Positions 45,888-59,939 of a stretch of 64,000 nucleotides of DNA are shown here, piece by piece. The translations under genes were made by a program, and so were the position numbers. This DNA is from Takakia lepidozioides (lineage: Eukaryota > Plantae > Bryophyta). Within the stretch, counting starts at the first letter, position 1; each line of letters starts with the position of its first letter. Below the pieces are notes generated by a model. The model saw only the letters and a list, made by a program, of their open reading frames with translations, did not search any database and had not been told where the DNA came from. Location: the NCBI GenBank assembly GCA_030704615.1, contig CM060732.1:78430001-78494000 (forward strand), read 5' to 3'.

Positions 45888-48069
45888 TTAAGAGAAACGC
45901 TGCTTCAGACTCTAGGAGATTTGAGTGCCCCATTCGGACATTCCGCGCATATCAATGGGCAATGAATGACCTTTTATGGAGTTTCCATCATTGATTGCTT
46001 ATTTCGTCTGTAGGGCTGTTGCAGGTTCCTTAGTATCGGGATACTGGAATCTTCCCGGGGCCTGGGGTTAGGTAACGAGCACGCACTCTCCGATCACACT
46101 CTCCAACACAAAGCCTCTCACAAGTGGTGATATCGAGTATGAAGATAAACAGCCTGAAGTACGCACGAGCTCTTCTGCGAGCGTTTAAGAAGGATCACTC
46201 CTGCCATAGCCGCTGCTTCCGAGCTCCCTCTGCTCCGCTTGGGCGTGGGCAACATTCCATTCAGCATTCTGCCAAGGACGTTAATCCGAGTTTCTCTGAA
46301 ACTTTACACAAGGTATTCTTCTGAGCCTGGACAGTAAATAGGTGTTCGGAGGAAATCATGACACTATACTCTTCCGATATGGATCGATATAAAACAGGGT
46401 AACGCTTTCGTGGTGTTGTTGCGGCAAGGATACTCATAAAATTCAGGAATCTGGGGTTTTAGGGAAGAAGATAATATGGAATGGCGAACACTGGTCTGTG
46501 ATAAGGCAGCTAGACATCACACTGATGAAAGTAGTGGAGACATGATCGGACCCACTGGATGTAGGTGATTCCCGATATGGCAGACGAAGTTGGGTGCCAA
46601 AATCTACAGAGATGATCATAGTGTTGACTTGGTTTTAAAGGTTTTAAAGGTGGCGGGTTCTGGCCTCTTGGAGTTTGGGGTTTAGGGGTTTAATTCTCTT
46701 TAAATACTATCGTCCCCCTACCTTTGTGGTTCACGGGAACTGCCAGCTCCCTTTCCCCCTACATTGGAACAGTAGTGACAGTATTATGCAGCCAAGTCAC
46801 CAGCAGTTTCATTGACGATTTCATGTCTTTTCAATGTTTTGTTTCTCCTCTGAAATGCAAGGAGGAAGAGTTGATGCCTGGAACTATGCCCCACTGCAGC
46901 AGCGATGGGCCGCCGCAGCTTGCCCTCTCCCCCATACGCCAGCTACGTTTGAGAAGCTTCAGAATATGGATGCCGGCAAAGTCTCCACTCTGGCTTCAAT
47001 AGAAATGAGTGGTACTCCCAGCACTCCAGGAACTTCTAGCGACGAAGCTACCGAGGCTGGTTCAGAAGAGAAGGCGGAGCCCATTCATGGGTCCAGCCCT
47101 GCTGATGACAAAGGATAGAGGAGGTGAGTCTTTTAGTTTCATGGCAAACCGTTACTAGCAGACACAAAGAGCTAGAGACGAGGAGGTGTGAGGCTAGAAG
47201 CGGGCATGACAACTACAGAGCACAGGGCAACACGGCATTTTTGGCCTTAGCGCCAAATGCAACCAATCTTTCGAACTACTCATGTCTTAGTGTCGCTGTC
47301 TTAGTCACAATTTATGTAGTAGGATGTTTTGGCCATAATTTAGGGCTAGCCGATTTCTTTCTCCTCACTTGTATCAGTACTCATTGAAAGAAGGTTGGAA
47401 TGGACTGTGCAGATGGATTTTAAGCTGCATCATCCTCTCATCCAGCCTGCTGGCATTGCACTGGTCTAGGATATGTGCCTATTACAAAGGCAGGTAGAGC
47501 AGTACATCATTTGCAGCTTGAAATTTATGCAGGGATTCGTGAGATAAAAGAGCCATGATGATGGAATTTTGCACAGACCCTAGACCCTTCTGCATGAGAT
47601 GAAAACATCCTTCAGGTAAGGCTGTGCTGGCGACGCAATAGAAACCTGAGACCCATCAGAGGGTCCCCAAAAACTAGTGCCGGTGTTATTTTTTACAAAG
47701 AGAAATTGAAAAGAGAATTTTTCAAGTGCAGAGAGAGCGAGAGAGTTTCATGGTGGCCAACTGATATGTAGAGATGGAAATGGAAGGGCATTTTGAGTCA
47801 GCCAGTGTGCTGAAGCGATTGATGATGACGGTTAGAGCACTTGTTTATTTATGTTAGGAAACAGTTTCGAATTCAGCTTTGGGAGAAATCACTTTGCAGC
47901 CTCAGTTTTCATAACTGGGTTGAGTGCCAGCTAGGATAGTGTCTATTGGACTTCTATTCAAAAGAAGCAAACTCTTGGATGGGCACAACATGTGCTGTAT
48001 TTAGCTTATATGCAGATACTCAAAAAGCCCTTGAGAGCTTTATTTCATGTTATTGAAAATTAAAACCCT

Positions 48070-48870
48070 TATAAGCCCGTAGGCTGCCTTGATAGAGAAT
48101 CCAATGAGCTATAACGCAACAATGCCCCACACACTCGGGAATGGGGACGAACCCATAAGACTGGAATGGAACGGGGGGAGCTGTGATGCCTGCAAGGGGC
48201 AATGAGAGGAACAGCCCAGGAGGGGATAAATGGAAAACTGTAAAGAAAGAGACTCATCACTATATGTGCTACAGAACCGGAAGGTCCGGTTCTTCCCATC
48301 AAACAAATATGGAATAGGACAATTGCTCTAGCAGTGGACATTATTTGTGAAAATGCACCGTAGTCTTGGTATGAACTTTTAATGTGCTTACAGTTTATCT
48401 CTGATTCGTCAAACTCTGGGCATGCCGAAGAGGAGGGCCCAACATTATTGCCATTGTGGTGGGATTTTCTCTGGCCAGATACAGGAGTTCGCCTAAATTC
48501 AGCGGCATATGAGGCCTAGATGTCCCCAGGTAGCTTGAAGAATGCGAGGAGTGAAGGCTGACGGCCTGGAGTCTTGTCAATGTTTGCACACAATTTTGCC
48601 CATGCTTTTGTAGCTGCGACAATAAGATCAAAGAATACATGTGTTAGCAGAGTAGTAGGTGAGGTGTTTGTGTTATCCAAAGTCCAGGTACAACGGGCCT
48701 TCCACAGGTGCCAGAGCATGGCACCTCTTCACTCTACAGGTTTCAAACATTGGGCAGATGCTGTCTCTTTTTTAAACCTCTTGGTTGTAATTGAGGAGAA
48801 GGAGCACTGGTTCAATGGCCAGATTAGGGGGGGGCATGGCAGTAAATCAGGCAATGTTCCAGAGATTCTA
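48070..48870 (-). mobile_element. LINE 3' fragment (C-terminal zf-RVT-adjacent region)
   Basis: LWHLWKARC motif, typical of plant L1 ORF2 C-termini; boundaries approximate. Confidence 0.5.
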
Positions 48871-48978
48871 TACAGCCAATTGTACAACAGGCACAAAGAA
48901 TTGCATCAACGAAGTTCAGATATTGTCCGACTTCTAATACTCTGTTTGCCAGTGGCCAAACAAACCCCAGAATGTATC

Positions 48979-51900
48979 TCAACGTCGCTGCTTTTTCTTG
49001 GAGCCTTTCACCACTGAAGTTCTGTTGTTTAACCTATCATTGAAGTGTGCACTGGTCCTTTTTTTTCCAGATTTCCCGCTTACAGATTTTCTGCCACTAG
49101 GGTGGCCCCTTTGAGAGAGAGAATGTGAATCTAGAGAGCACTTCTCCTCACTTTCACAACTGTGTGGCAAAACTGAGGGTCCATCGGCATCAGCAGTGTC
49201 TGTAGCCTGTGCAAATTCCATTTCACTAATAATGCCCTTCTTTAGCTTCTTCATTAGCCGATACTCTCTCTCCATCTCCTCCTCATCCTCTATCCTTTGA
49301 CTTCCTCTTCTTTGCTCCGCAGTATCTCTCCGTTCCTTCTTGCCACTGGGTGGTTGTTCCCTCCTGACAAGACTGCTTCTCTGAGATAGACCTTGCAATT
49401 TGCTGGTCAGGTTCTTTTGACGTTTTTTCTCCCTACTTTTCTTTTTCTCTGTTGAAGAGCAGGTGAGAGCACTCTCAGATTTCTCAGTGATACAACTGAT
49501 GAAAGGTTACACCTTGGCAAACAGAAGCAGATGCCTCAAAGACGCAGTTTCTTCTAAGCTGAAGCTCACCCACGTGCACATCAGAGTAGTTGGCCTACAA
49601 AACATGAACATCCAGTAACTGCTTCGGGCTAGTGTCTGTCAGCATCGCACCTACTCAGAACATGAATGCAGCATCAGACCACAATCCCTGCTCAAAAACA
49701 TGGCCACCCTTTCGACATTATAAGGATTGAAAATGACCAAAAGATACAAATGGTGTGGCTTCATCAATGAGGTAGGACCGTACTTGAAAGGTATTGAGGC
49801 CACATCCACACCCTCAGCAGGTACAAAATTTTCCACAGACAGCAAACCTCGCCGCAACTCGGGCATGGAGGGCAGCTGCAGAAGTCCATAACCCATAGCA
49901 GCTCGGCCCACCTCTAGTTGTTTCCACCTGGCCAAGGGACACAGCGACCAACTCATACAGGTGCCACCACACAGATGGTGTATTCTGTCCCACTGTATTC
50001 TGTCACACTGAGAGGAAGAGGGCATGTACATGCTAGGTTTGCTATCCAACATTCCGGGCATGAAGAAGTAGATTGAATAAGGTTCGGAGCTACAATCCTT
50101 ACACCCGTAGTCTTCACCTGGCCGCCATTACCTCTCCACTTTCCAATAAATTTGTTTCATCTATCATAGGATCATTCTGATGGGTCCCATTTCAAAATTT
50201 CACAAATGAACTAATTCACAACCTCCAATTTAACAGGTCAGGTACAGCTGTGCATCCATGCTACAACGAGGAGTCTTACTGAAAAATGAAGGTGCATTGG
50301 TGCTCCTTGTAGGCACGTACATAGGACAGAAAAGCCCTCAATCCCTTCTCCATCACATCTCTATCCTTCTGAGCAGCCGCACGTAACTGCCCCAACCTTC
50401 ACTAGATTATCATTTTGGCTCACCATCCCCTCAGAAAGAGGGGTCAAATTCCAAACCTTGTGCAAACCAAAATTCAGCCTTGCTGTCAAGTCTGGCAGAG
50501 GTTGATCACACATTGAGCTGTCAGGAATACAGAGACAGGCTCCTTGGTATACAAAGTCGTTACATGGGACAAAACTGCCTGCCTACCAAGACCTCCACTG
50601 CAAAGGGTTACAAGAGTAGAAATCACGCAGGAAAGCAAGGGGGGAATAGTTTGACACCAACCAGCGGCACAATGTCAGGAACAGAGCTAACTTTGGGGCG
50701 CTCTTCAATCGGCACTTTTCGGACATGCAGCAATTCAACATATGCATCTTCCTGCAGCACAACCACCCTGCTTGTCACCATCAACACATGGCGACAACCA
50801 GACCCCAGGTCAAGGAACTCTTGCTTTCCTCAATTCCCAAACGTATGCAGTGCTTTATATGAATCCAAGTTAGCTCCAAACAGCAGCAAAATGTACTCCA
50901 AAAGCATAGATGACGAAACATCTTGATCCTATTCCTTGACAGCACTGACTCTTCGAATCTAAAACACTGCAACTTGGTCTCTCTGACCAGTGCCTACACA
51001 TGTAATCAGCATTGGGAGCAAGAACCTATATCGACATAGCCTGCAATGTGTACATCATAGCTTATGTTCATTAGACCCTAACCTACAAATATACAATTTA
51101 CTATGGCTGACAAATACAACCATATAACTACGAGACCATCACTGACTAACAACAAAGTCAGTGGAAACGAAGGAAATTGCACACATACGTCGAACAAGCA
51201 TATGTTGCGCATCAGAGTTCGGCTTCAGAAATAGCAGGCAAGAAAGCCAAAGAAACACCTTAGGAAGAAGGAATACAAGTGCACTGCCCGACTGTCCCAT
51301 ACGGGCGGTGCGGCCCACACGATGCACAAATACGTTTGGATCCTGTGGTGGGTCATACTGTAACCCCTCCCCAACAAGCGAATCCAAGCATAAAAGCAGG
51401 ACGTCAGTTCATCTCTCCCTCTACTCAACCTTACTCCCAGCTCGAGATTGAACATTATTAAAGATGGTAGCCATGGCTGTTCACAGAACAGAGTATAAGA
51501 CTAAGTGGGAGTGAACTGGTCACAATTGTGGATCCAACCTGTACTATCCAGTCAACTCCAGGAATGTCCAGCCCCCGTGCTGCTACATCAGTACATATCA
51601 GCATGCCCGCCTCCATTCCTGCAAATGTTGCAAGTGCCTTTTCTCGTGCTGACTGCACAATGAGGCACCTACATTTCAGATTCTCACAATTCCAATATCT
51701 AAAAATATATCAGATTCTATCCACACAGACACATAACCTTAAACTCATTGATTTGTTGCCTGCAAAAGCAGTCTCGACAAACTACACTTCCAACATCCCA
51801 CTACTGTAGCTACAGAAACTCAGTCATTTAGGCTGAGCACCAGCATGCTAAGAAACAACTTAACTGTGATAGCTGCTACTAGAAGTCATACTTGCAGCTG

Positions 51901-54177
51901 CTACAAGAGTATTCCAAAATCTGCTTATTTCTGCAATATTCACCTCTATCAGTATCAATAAACAACAGACAAGAAAGTCCAAAAACAGACCTGCTTCATT
52001 TTTCCATGGAGTGCAACAGTAGATACACCAGACAGAGTGGTCAATCGAGGAAGCATAGTACCCCAGTAATCGACACACGCACAGGTCATAAAGTATCTGT
52101 CCCATCCAACACCACCAATGACTTGTGCTCGAAATATTCAAGCACATGCTCACCAATCATTTTAACAGCAATTTATTTCACACAAGCAGGACTAATCAGA
52201 CCTGGCTGTCTCCAACACTACCCATAGCCCAGTAACCTAAAAAATCTACGAGAACATGAATGTCTGAAGTCAAAACCCTGTGGAACATAGTACAATACAA
52301 CAGTGCTTTTGGTGCAACAAGGAAGTGTGTACATATTTGAGGGTGGACTTATCAATCAATAGACCTTACCTAATGCTACTCAGCACCTGTTACCGACTCT
52401 AAGCCGATTCAACATCGCAGTGCCCAATCTTACATGATGGTCTTGTTTGACAAATGCTCAGAGAGGAAATGTACAAGTTGTGATGGCTTCTCGTCTGCTT
52501 CACACTCCAAGTACTGCCAACCTCACATGACTAGTCAATACAGTGCAGCGTTTACAGCTCGTATTCACTGTCATTTTACATTGCATCTCTGTCTTTGCCC
52601 CAACTCTAGCTTCTTTAAACTCAACTGAGCACATAAAACATGAATATATTGGCAGCAGCTGACCCCTAATTTGAGGCACTACAATACAAGGCAGTTTATA
52701 CATTGTTGTCCACCCATCAAACACTTGCAGGCAAGCGTCAGGAGAGGAACCACACTGCTGCTATTCAACGAAAACACACCTGCAGAGTGAGTCCAGCTGG
52801 CGTCTTTGAAGAAACAGATGTGTTGGAAGAGGAGGTAAGCCGCTTGGCCTGGGTTTGCACCTCCACATGCACGGGGTTACGTAGCCCTGCTCGGGCCAGC
52901 TCCTCTACTGCCTCTGTCTGTGTTGCTGAGAAAAGGCCCGTACGCCGCTGCTTGGGGAGCCGTGCTATGACTGCTGTTAGCTGCCTCTGAAAACCCATAT
53001 CGAGGAGCTTGTCTGCCTCATCCAGGATCAATACCTGCAACTGTCCACTTTCAGAACACCCCAACACTCGCACCACTTCTAAGGCCTATGTTGTAAAATG
53101 AGATATTCCTGCGTCCCAATCAGACAGTCCCTGTAGGATGGGAACTCATGTACCACTAGTCTACCATGCCATTGCAGTTCTTACATGCAGTCCAACTTCA
53201 TAATACTTTATGCCATTCACTGCCAGTCACCAAGACACCAGCAGAACAGTACAGAGTAAACCCAGCATCTTTACACTGAATAGCATATTTTTCCTTATTG
53301 CAAGTGCATTGCAACACCTGCACAATTCTATACTTTTGTTGCAGCAGGCAATACATCACCACTGATGCATAGGTAAATTGTCCTAGAAGATGTAAATATT
53401 CCAAAGAATCAACATGGTCCAAGAAATCCATGAGACGCTTATTGACGCAGCCCTGCCACCCAATGTGAAAAAGGAAAAATAAGAGTCGTAGAGAAAACCT
53501 CAAGATTCCTGAAGTCCAGTAGAGCTACTCGCTCCATGATGTCATGTAAACGACCAGGAGTGCCAATCAGCAAGTTTGCCCCGCTCTCCTTTACCTTTGC
53601 TGACTCCGTAGCAACATCAGTTCCACCCACTAGAAGCATTGCTCTGATACCAGACAATGTTTCTAGAAAGGGCTCCACCACGTGGAATATCTGCGAAGCA
53701 AGCTCTCGGGTCGGGGACACGATCACAGCACCAACCTGCATCATGTCTTGAATTACGCTTTAGGGTTTAAGGAAATGCACTGACACAATTCCTAGGATTA
53801 TTTGGGGACTGTGTTGTGAACATAGTCACATCCTGACCAATGCAAGGTGAATAATTTATTATGGTCAAAAATCGCAAGTGCACAATTGATGATGAAGAGT
53901 TACGAAGAGGCACCTGATAAGGCTTCAGAGGTTCAGGGAGCCGTCGCATTATTTCAACAAGAGGCACAACAAAAGCCAGAGTCTTTCCTGATCCTGTAGC
54001 AGCGTCCACGGCCACATCTTTGAAGCTGCAAAGCAACGGGATGGTGGCAGCCTGCACAGGCGTGGCAGTTTCAAAACCAAACGAGTCCAGCACCACCACT
54101 GTCGCCTCCGACAGCGCTGGCACCAGCTCCCGGAACGGTATGGTGCCTTTCACCGCCATGTCTTTCTCCCTCGCCAT
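48979..54177 (-). CDS. DDX55: DEAD-box RNA helicase of DDX55/Spb4 (plant RH18) type, about 11 exons
   Basis: [78 protein letters not shown]. The last splice junction (about 49448) needs either a weak donor or a 1-nt correction in an A-run. Confidence 0.9.
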
Positions 54178-54446
54178 ATCCCCGCTTGCAGAATGGCTTG
54201 CTTCGTTACTTCTCCGCAACTCACATGATCCTGCCTAGATTTATATCTGAATTATGTCAACAGTTTAGTGTTTCGGAACGCAATTCTCCTCCTGTTCCCG
54301 ACACCTCAAAGAATTCACCATCGATTGGACACTCCCTCGACATGTAACTAGAATCACGGCCATACTTTGCAAAGAAACCACCTTTCTACTGATTTCCAAC
54401 AGTACAAGACGGGTGCCGTGAATGACTCAACTGAATATCCTCACAG

Positions 54447-54570
54447 AACCTAAACTAAACCTAAACCTAAACCTAAACTTTCACTTGCGCTTGGTGTACC
54501 CATAGGGTGAGAACGTCTTGCGAACAAGGTATTAACCCTACCCGTGATCTGCCCTGGACAAACCCTAAAA
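54447..54570. promoter_or_regulatory. Telo-box-rich bidirectional promoter
   Basis: AAACCTA tandem run at 54447-54478 and AAACCCTAA at about 54560, between divergent ATGs at 54177 and 54652. Confidence 0.65.
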
Positions 54571-54651
54571 CTGCTGTGCACACACTCTCTGTCTCTGTCT
54601 CTGTCTCTCTCTTTTCAACGGCCCTTCGCGTACTCCCGGCCGCCTGCAGCC

Positions 54652-56724
54652 ATGGTACGTTGCCTTCTTTGTATTCACGCTTGGTTTATGCTTCTGATCG
54701 TCGCTGTGTTGGTGTACATACCTGCGTTGCACGTTGGAAACAGCTTTGAGCGGTTGTTCCCCTCTTACTGGCTCTCTGGATGTTGTAGTGGTGTCTACGT
54801 GCGTTGTTCGATGTCCTGTATCTGTGCATGGAGGTTGAGGGAATGCTACGTGAAGTGTCGATCTGGTCTTGATGTACAAGGAAATGAACAGCCTCTCTTC
54901 TTTGTCGCTGACTACTTCAATGTTAGACGGTCTTGATGTAGTGGGAAGTTTTGGTTGAGAATTGACGGTAGTGGTGGCATGGTGCAGGTTAAGTACGCAA
55001 GGGAACCTGACAATCCCACCAAGTGTGAGTCTTGTGTACATTTTAGGGTTAGTTTTTTCCAGGCAGGTATGCTTTGTTTGTCACGGCTGCATGTCAAATA
55101 CATACTTCAACGGTCCGGAATCTAATTTCGCCTTTGTTGGTTTCTTGACAGTGCAGCATGTAAAGCCAGAGGGTCGGATGTCCGCGTCCATTTCAAGGTA
55201 TGATGCTACAAAACTGTTGTGTCAAGGTGAAACAGGGCCTCCCGATTAGTAGAGGACGTTACCGGAGTCTTTCATTACGCATTTGGGCAGGCTTTTAAGG
55301 GTCCACGTTAGTTACCCATGGTAGTGGAAACTCCTCATTGAAAGGTAGCAGGATTGGAGAGCTGTGTCCTGGTAGCATCTGTCGAGGTCCTCCAGGATAC
55401 TGTTAGGGGCCCTATAACCAGCTTGTTTCCGGGAGGTTAATGTGGCAGTGACATTCATGCACCTCAGAGGCTGAATAATATTTTTCCCTGTTGTTGCTGC
55501 AGAACACGAGAGAGACAGCGCAGGCAATTAAGAAGCTTGAGCTGTTAAAGGCCAAGCACTACCTTGAGGATGTGCTTGCTCGCAAGCAAGCCATTCCTTT
55601 CCGCCGATTTTGTGGTGGGGTTGGGCGGACAGTGCAGGCCAAGTAGCAACATTCTAATGGGCAGGGACGGTGGCCTGTGAAGTCTGCTACCTTTCTGCTT
55701 GGCTTGTTGAAGAATGCGGAGAGCAATGCTGAGGTGTTACTTCTATCCTCTTTATTCATTTCATTGTCAGACCCACTGTTTTCCTCTGGGATTGTTCATC
55801 TCAACTTTCACATATACTCCTTTCTTGCATTAGGACTATTTTGCCTCTTCTCCATACTGGTGTGGTGTGACCTGAATGGGTTGTGTGCATGTGATACTGG
55901 TTTCCGGTGGGCAGGTGAAGGGACTAGATGTAGACACCCTCATTGTTTCACACATTCAGGTCAACAAGGCACAGAAACAACGCCGGCGGACATACCGAGC
56001 CCATGGGCGAATCAATCGTGTGGTATGCTCTCCCTAGTCTTTTAATCTGGATGGGTCTTGCTTGAATTTAATGTCTGAATCAGGGACTGTTCGGATGCTT
56101 AAGTTGAAGAGTGGTCTAGGAAATTGATGGTGCAATAGGCATTTAAACTATGTTATGTCCACTCTTTCTCATAAGTTCTTTCAAGAGTGTATGGTTATAT
56201 GCAACTGTATAGACCATATATGACTTGTGTGTGTGTAATATGGGGTAACAGCTTACATGTCCTCCCCGTGCCACATTGAGCTTACTCTCTCTGAGAAGGA
56301 GGTTTCGGTAAAGAAAGAGGTGAGTTTTGACATTTCACTCTAGAGGTGTGGTTTGATATGTGGCCAGACGGGCTTCATTTATAGCAGGGTGGGGAGGGGG
56401 TTTCCTTTGAGTGTTTGTGGGAGGTATGGCAAGCTTTACTCACAAGGAATATCTGTCTATGGACTTAGCTGAAGAGCTGCTCTCTCAGCTTGTTGAGTTC
56501 ATTCAGTGTGAGTAGGGGAACTAGCAGATAGGGTGGTTGCAGATTGCCAAGAGATGAAGATAGAATTTTCTATTTGTTTCACCTAGTGTTTTCTTTTGTT
56601 ATGTATCTTAATGCTTCAGCTATTTGTTGGTGTTTCCATTTGGCAGGCTGAGGCTGAGATTGCTCCACGGAGGCCTCGGAAACAGCAAGCTCGTCTGCGA
56701 AGTGGTGCTTCATCGTCTGCTTAG
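54652..56724 (+). pseudogene. RPL17: 60S ribosomal protein L17 (uL22) with in-frame TAG at 55644-55646
   Basis: M|[26 protein letters not shown]|[10 protein letters not shown]...[18 protein letters not shown]...RAHGRINP|YMSSPCHIEL, with intact introns. Confidence 0.88.
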
Positions 56725-57272
56725 GCTTGTTGCAGTTGTATGCTGAGATAGCAGTCTATGGACACTAGTTCGAAGTTGTCTGCCGCAGGCTAACTGGTAT
56801 CATGTGTCCCCTCCACGTTCCTGGCAGCTGCTGTTCCTTCAGTGTAACTATGGATTGCCTCTTAATCTATGGCACTTAATTCTTTCTGGTGTCAGCAAGT
56901 TGTATCTTGAGATATGTGCTGGGATGTGTGCTGTTATTCAGGATGAATTCTTAAGCCCGTGCTTGCTTTCTGTCACATCTCATGCACAGTGTGAATGAAC
57001 TTTCAAGGAAAAGGAAAGGATGACAAGGAACAATAATTGCCACTATGGCAGTGTATATGGTTTGACTTTCAGAAAAAGTCGTTGTACAAGGTTTGACTTC
57101 TGTAGATCATTTTCACTAGGATGCACATGGGAAGCGACTGTCCCCTTTCTGAGGCAAAGGTTGGCTGTGTTCTGGAATGGTGCCAGTGGTGAATCAGAAA
57201 CTTACCCACATTGCCTAATTCATGGGATCTCTACAGATTTGCTTTGGCCATTACACCCCTGGCTATGTCGTT

Positions 57273-57421
57273 GTTATCACAGTTAGGCTGAGTCAGTGCT
57301 GACAAAGGGTATTCATTTAGATGGTTGAGTACAGCTCTTATGAGTTTTTTCTTATCACAGTTAGGCTGAGGCAGTTCTGACAAAGGGTATTCTTGTAGAT
57401 GGTTGAGTACAGCTCTTATGA
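57273..57421. repeat. Tandem duplication of about 78 bp
   Basis: ttatcacagttaggctgag...ggttgagtacagctcttatga occurs twice. Confidence 0.85.
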
Positions 57422-57491
57422 TTTTCTATGTGGCTTGAACTTGGTAGGTCATTTCCATTATTCTACAGGGTTTTACAGGAAAAGTCAAGTC

Positions 57492-57550
57492 CGATGATGA
57501 TTTCTGGCCAATAAGGAATCAATGATGAGTCTTAATCAATTTTTTTGAGG
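57492..57550 (+). ncRNA. Possible degenerate box C/D snoRNA
   Basis: Two ATGATGA boxes. GTCTTAATC is complementary to the 25S rRNA segment GATTAAGAC (recalled, not aligned). The D box is imperfect (TTGA). Confidence 0.3.
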
Positions 57551-59939
57551 TCATCCTTTTCCCAATGAGGTGCCAGCTGGGGTGATGTATGCTAGGACTG
57601 GCTTTGGCCTTTTCCCCCAGCTTTGTCAGCTATCAGGTTGCTTTTTTAGCAAAGATTAGTAACTCTTACCTATTTTGTGATGAGGCTGGACTTCGAAGAT
57701 CACTCTTCACTCTTCCTGAGCCTTTCTCTTCAGGAATTTGTAAACTGTAATTTGGGGTGATTGATAGTTGTTCTCCAGACCTTTCCAACCAGTTGACCAT
57801 GATGCCTGTTTTCTGCATCGCAAGTCCGTTTGGTTCCAACTCGATGTGGTCTTTGAGATGATGTTGTATGGGGGTTTAGTGTACCAAAAGGGCGGAAGAG
57901 GACTCCAGGGCTTGCACTGCATTGGATGCGTCTCTCTCTAACTCCTTTCTTTTCAAGAGGGCAGGCATGTGGTTTAGAGGAAAACTCCCGGTCCTTCAGA
58001 CCCATCCGATTTCCTTGCTGAGTGTCAACTGGAGGCCTCCGCTGTTGGAGGTGTACAATTGTGATTTCCTCCTTGGCGTCCAAACCACCACCAGGACGAA
58101 GCCACCGGAGAGAGCGCCGTCAGAAAAAGAAGAACCGCCCCCAACATGTACAGCACCCATGTTCCAAAGAGCTGCAAAATTCTTACGAATAGAAGGAGCC
58201 ATGGTGATTCTCTGGGAAGAAACAATACATGAGCGACACAACACAAGAGGGTACACTGAAGACAGACATTGCACAAGACACGACCTTTCCTCGCCCTCTT
58301 TTGAAATAGGCGGACATGGTCGAGGTGCCTGATTTTATGGACTGTGCTGCTGCTGCTGCTGCTTCCAGTTGACCATCTGCCCACGCAGGTTTCTTGTAGC
58401 TATTAATCCACAGTGCCTCACCCCTCACTGGCCTTACCTTTGTGCTTGACATCTAGCCTCCTCGAATGCATCTGGACTCACACTCCATACCAGCCTCTTT
58501 CTTTCAGCTATTCCTACCTTGACATCAAAAATGTGTAGACTCCTTGCCCCTAGCAACTGACTTTGACAACCTAATATCTATTTAGCAGACACCCCTATCT
58601 TCAATCTCCGCATCATCCAAGCCTTCACGATTACCTAATGACTAGTTTGAAGAAACCTTCATGACTGTCGAATATACCAGATTTTGACCATGCGCAGTCT
58701 ATCTTATATTACACTTTATCAGTAGAATCAACCGCAGAGGAACACCTGCTGTCCCAAGATATTATCCTCTAGCCCACAATCCTCCAGAAGGTGTGTTTGA
58801 GCTTAGACAACAAACTGCTGTAAGGGAAGACTGAATATTTGCAGACATAACCCACCAAGACCTGCGAACATGGTCGCACCCCTCGTGAACTCTTCGCAAA
58901 TTGCCTTCAATTCTTCTAGTGTTGCCGCCATCCAAGAGACAAACATCTGGGGCTCGCCTCCAAGACGCAAGAATCTCCAACCCACAAAGCACGCTGTGAT
59001 AAATTGGACGCCTCAAAGGCCATGGACAATGAGGAGGACAAAGAACCCCCCAAACTCTGCGCCCACTGTACTTGAACCCCCACCGCAGGTCACTTACTGA
59101 AATTTCCGGGCCAGTTGTGGATACGCACACTCCAGACTTCGTTTTGATACTCTCACTTTCTTGATCTTGGAACCGGTTTAGGTTTATTTTGATGTAATTT
59201 TCTTGTGGCCTTTGTGGTGATCTGCTTGCTATGGTCAGTATTCTCCAGCAGATGCAGGATGAGCTCGATATGCAGAAGTCGTGAAGCGAGATTTGCAAGC
59301 TCTCTAGTAGAGCATGTGAAGGTGGTGAAAGTTACTTTTGTCATGATTGTGGTTGCAGGATTTTATCGTGCAAATGTTGCAGAGCAGATTTATAAGTTGT
59401 ATTATGTATGCCTTGGTATGTTGAAGCACTGCCATTTATATAGCATACAGAACCCCCTAAGATTACACAGTCAAGTGGATTCGTGAATCTACGTTAGATG
59501 TATGTCAGCGCCCAGGCTTCATGGATCTATGCACCTTCCCACGAACTAATAACCTTAAACACCAACAAACACACTGCTGTCTGTGACCTCCGTGCAGAAC
59601 AAGAGATGGAGTGTCCGACCCGCCTGTGTAACCAGCTTCCATTCTAACATCTTCCTTCCGATTTCACGCACACAGTTTGAGGGTTTCTGTGTACAAACTA
59701 CAATCCACAAAAATAGAACTTTAACTTACAAAGCACGGCTGGAAACAGTAAAAGGGAAGTGAATGGTTAGCAAAGAAGGTTCAAGTGCCAGAATAGCAAA
59801 AGCATGAGCGAGGCTTTTGATAGCAAGCGGGACTCATGGGTTTTCTCAGAGTCGACTTTCTATCCCTTCTTCTCTTTCCCCCAAGCTCCGTGTTAGGATC
59901 ACAAGAACACAATTGGAGAGGTTTTGTCGCCTCCACAAT

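Noticed and set aside
55644-55652. Programmed readthrough in RPL17 (TAG CAA CAT)
   Set aside because: It does not fit CARYYA, and nearby substitutions suggest decay.
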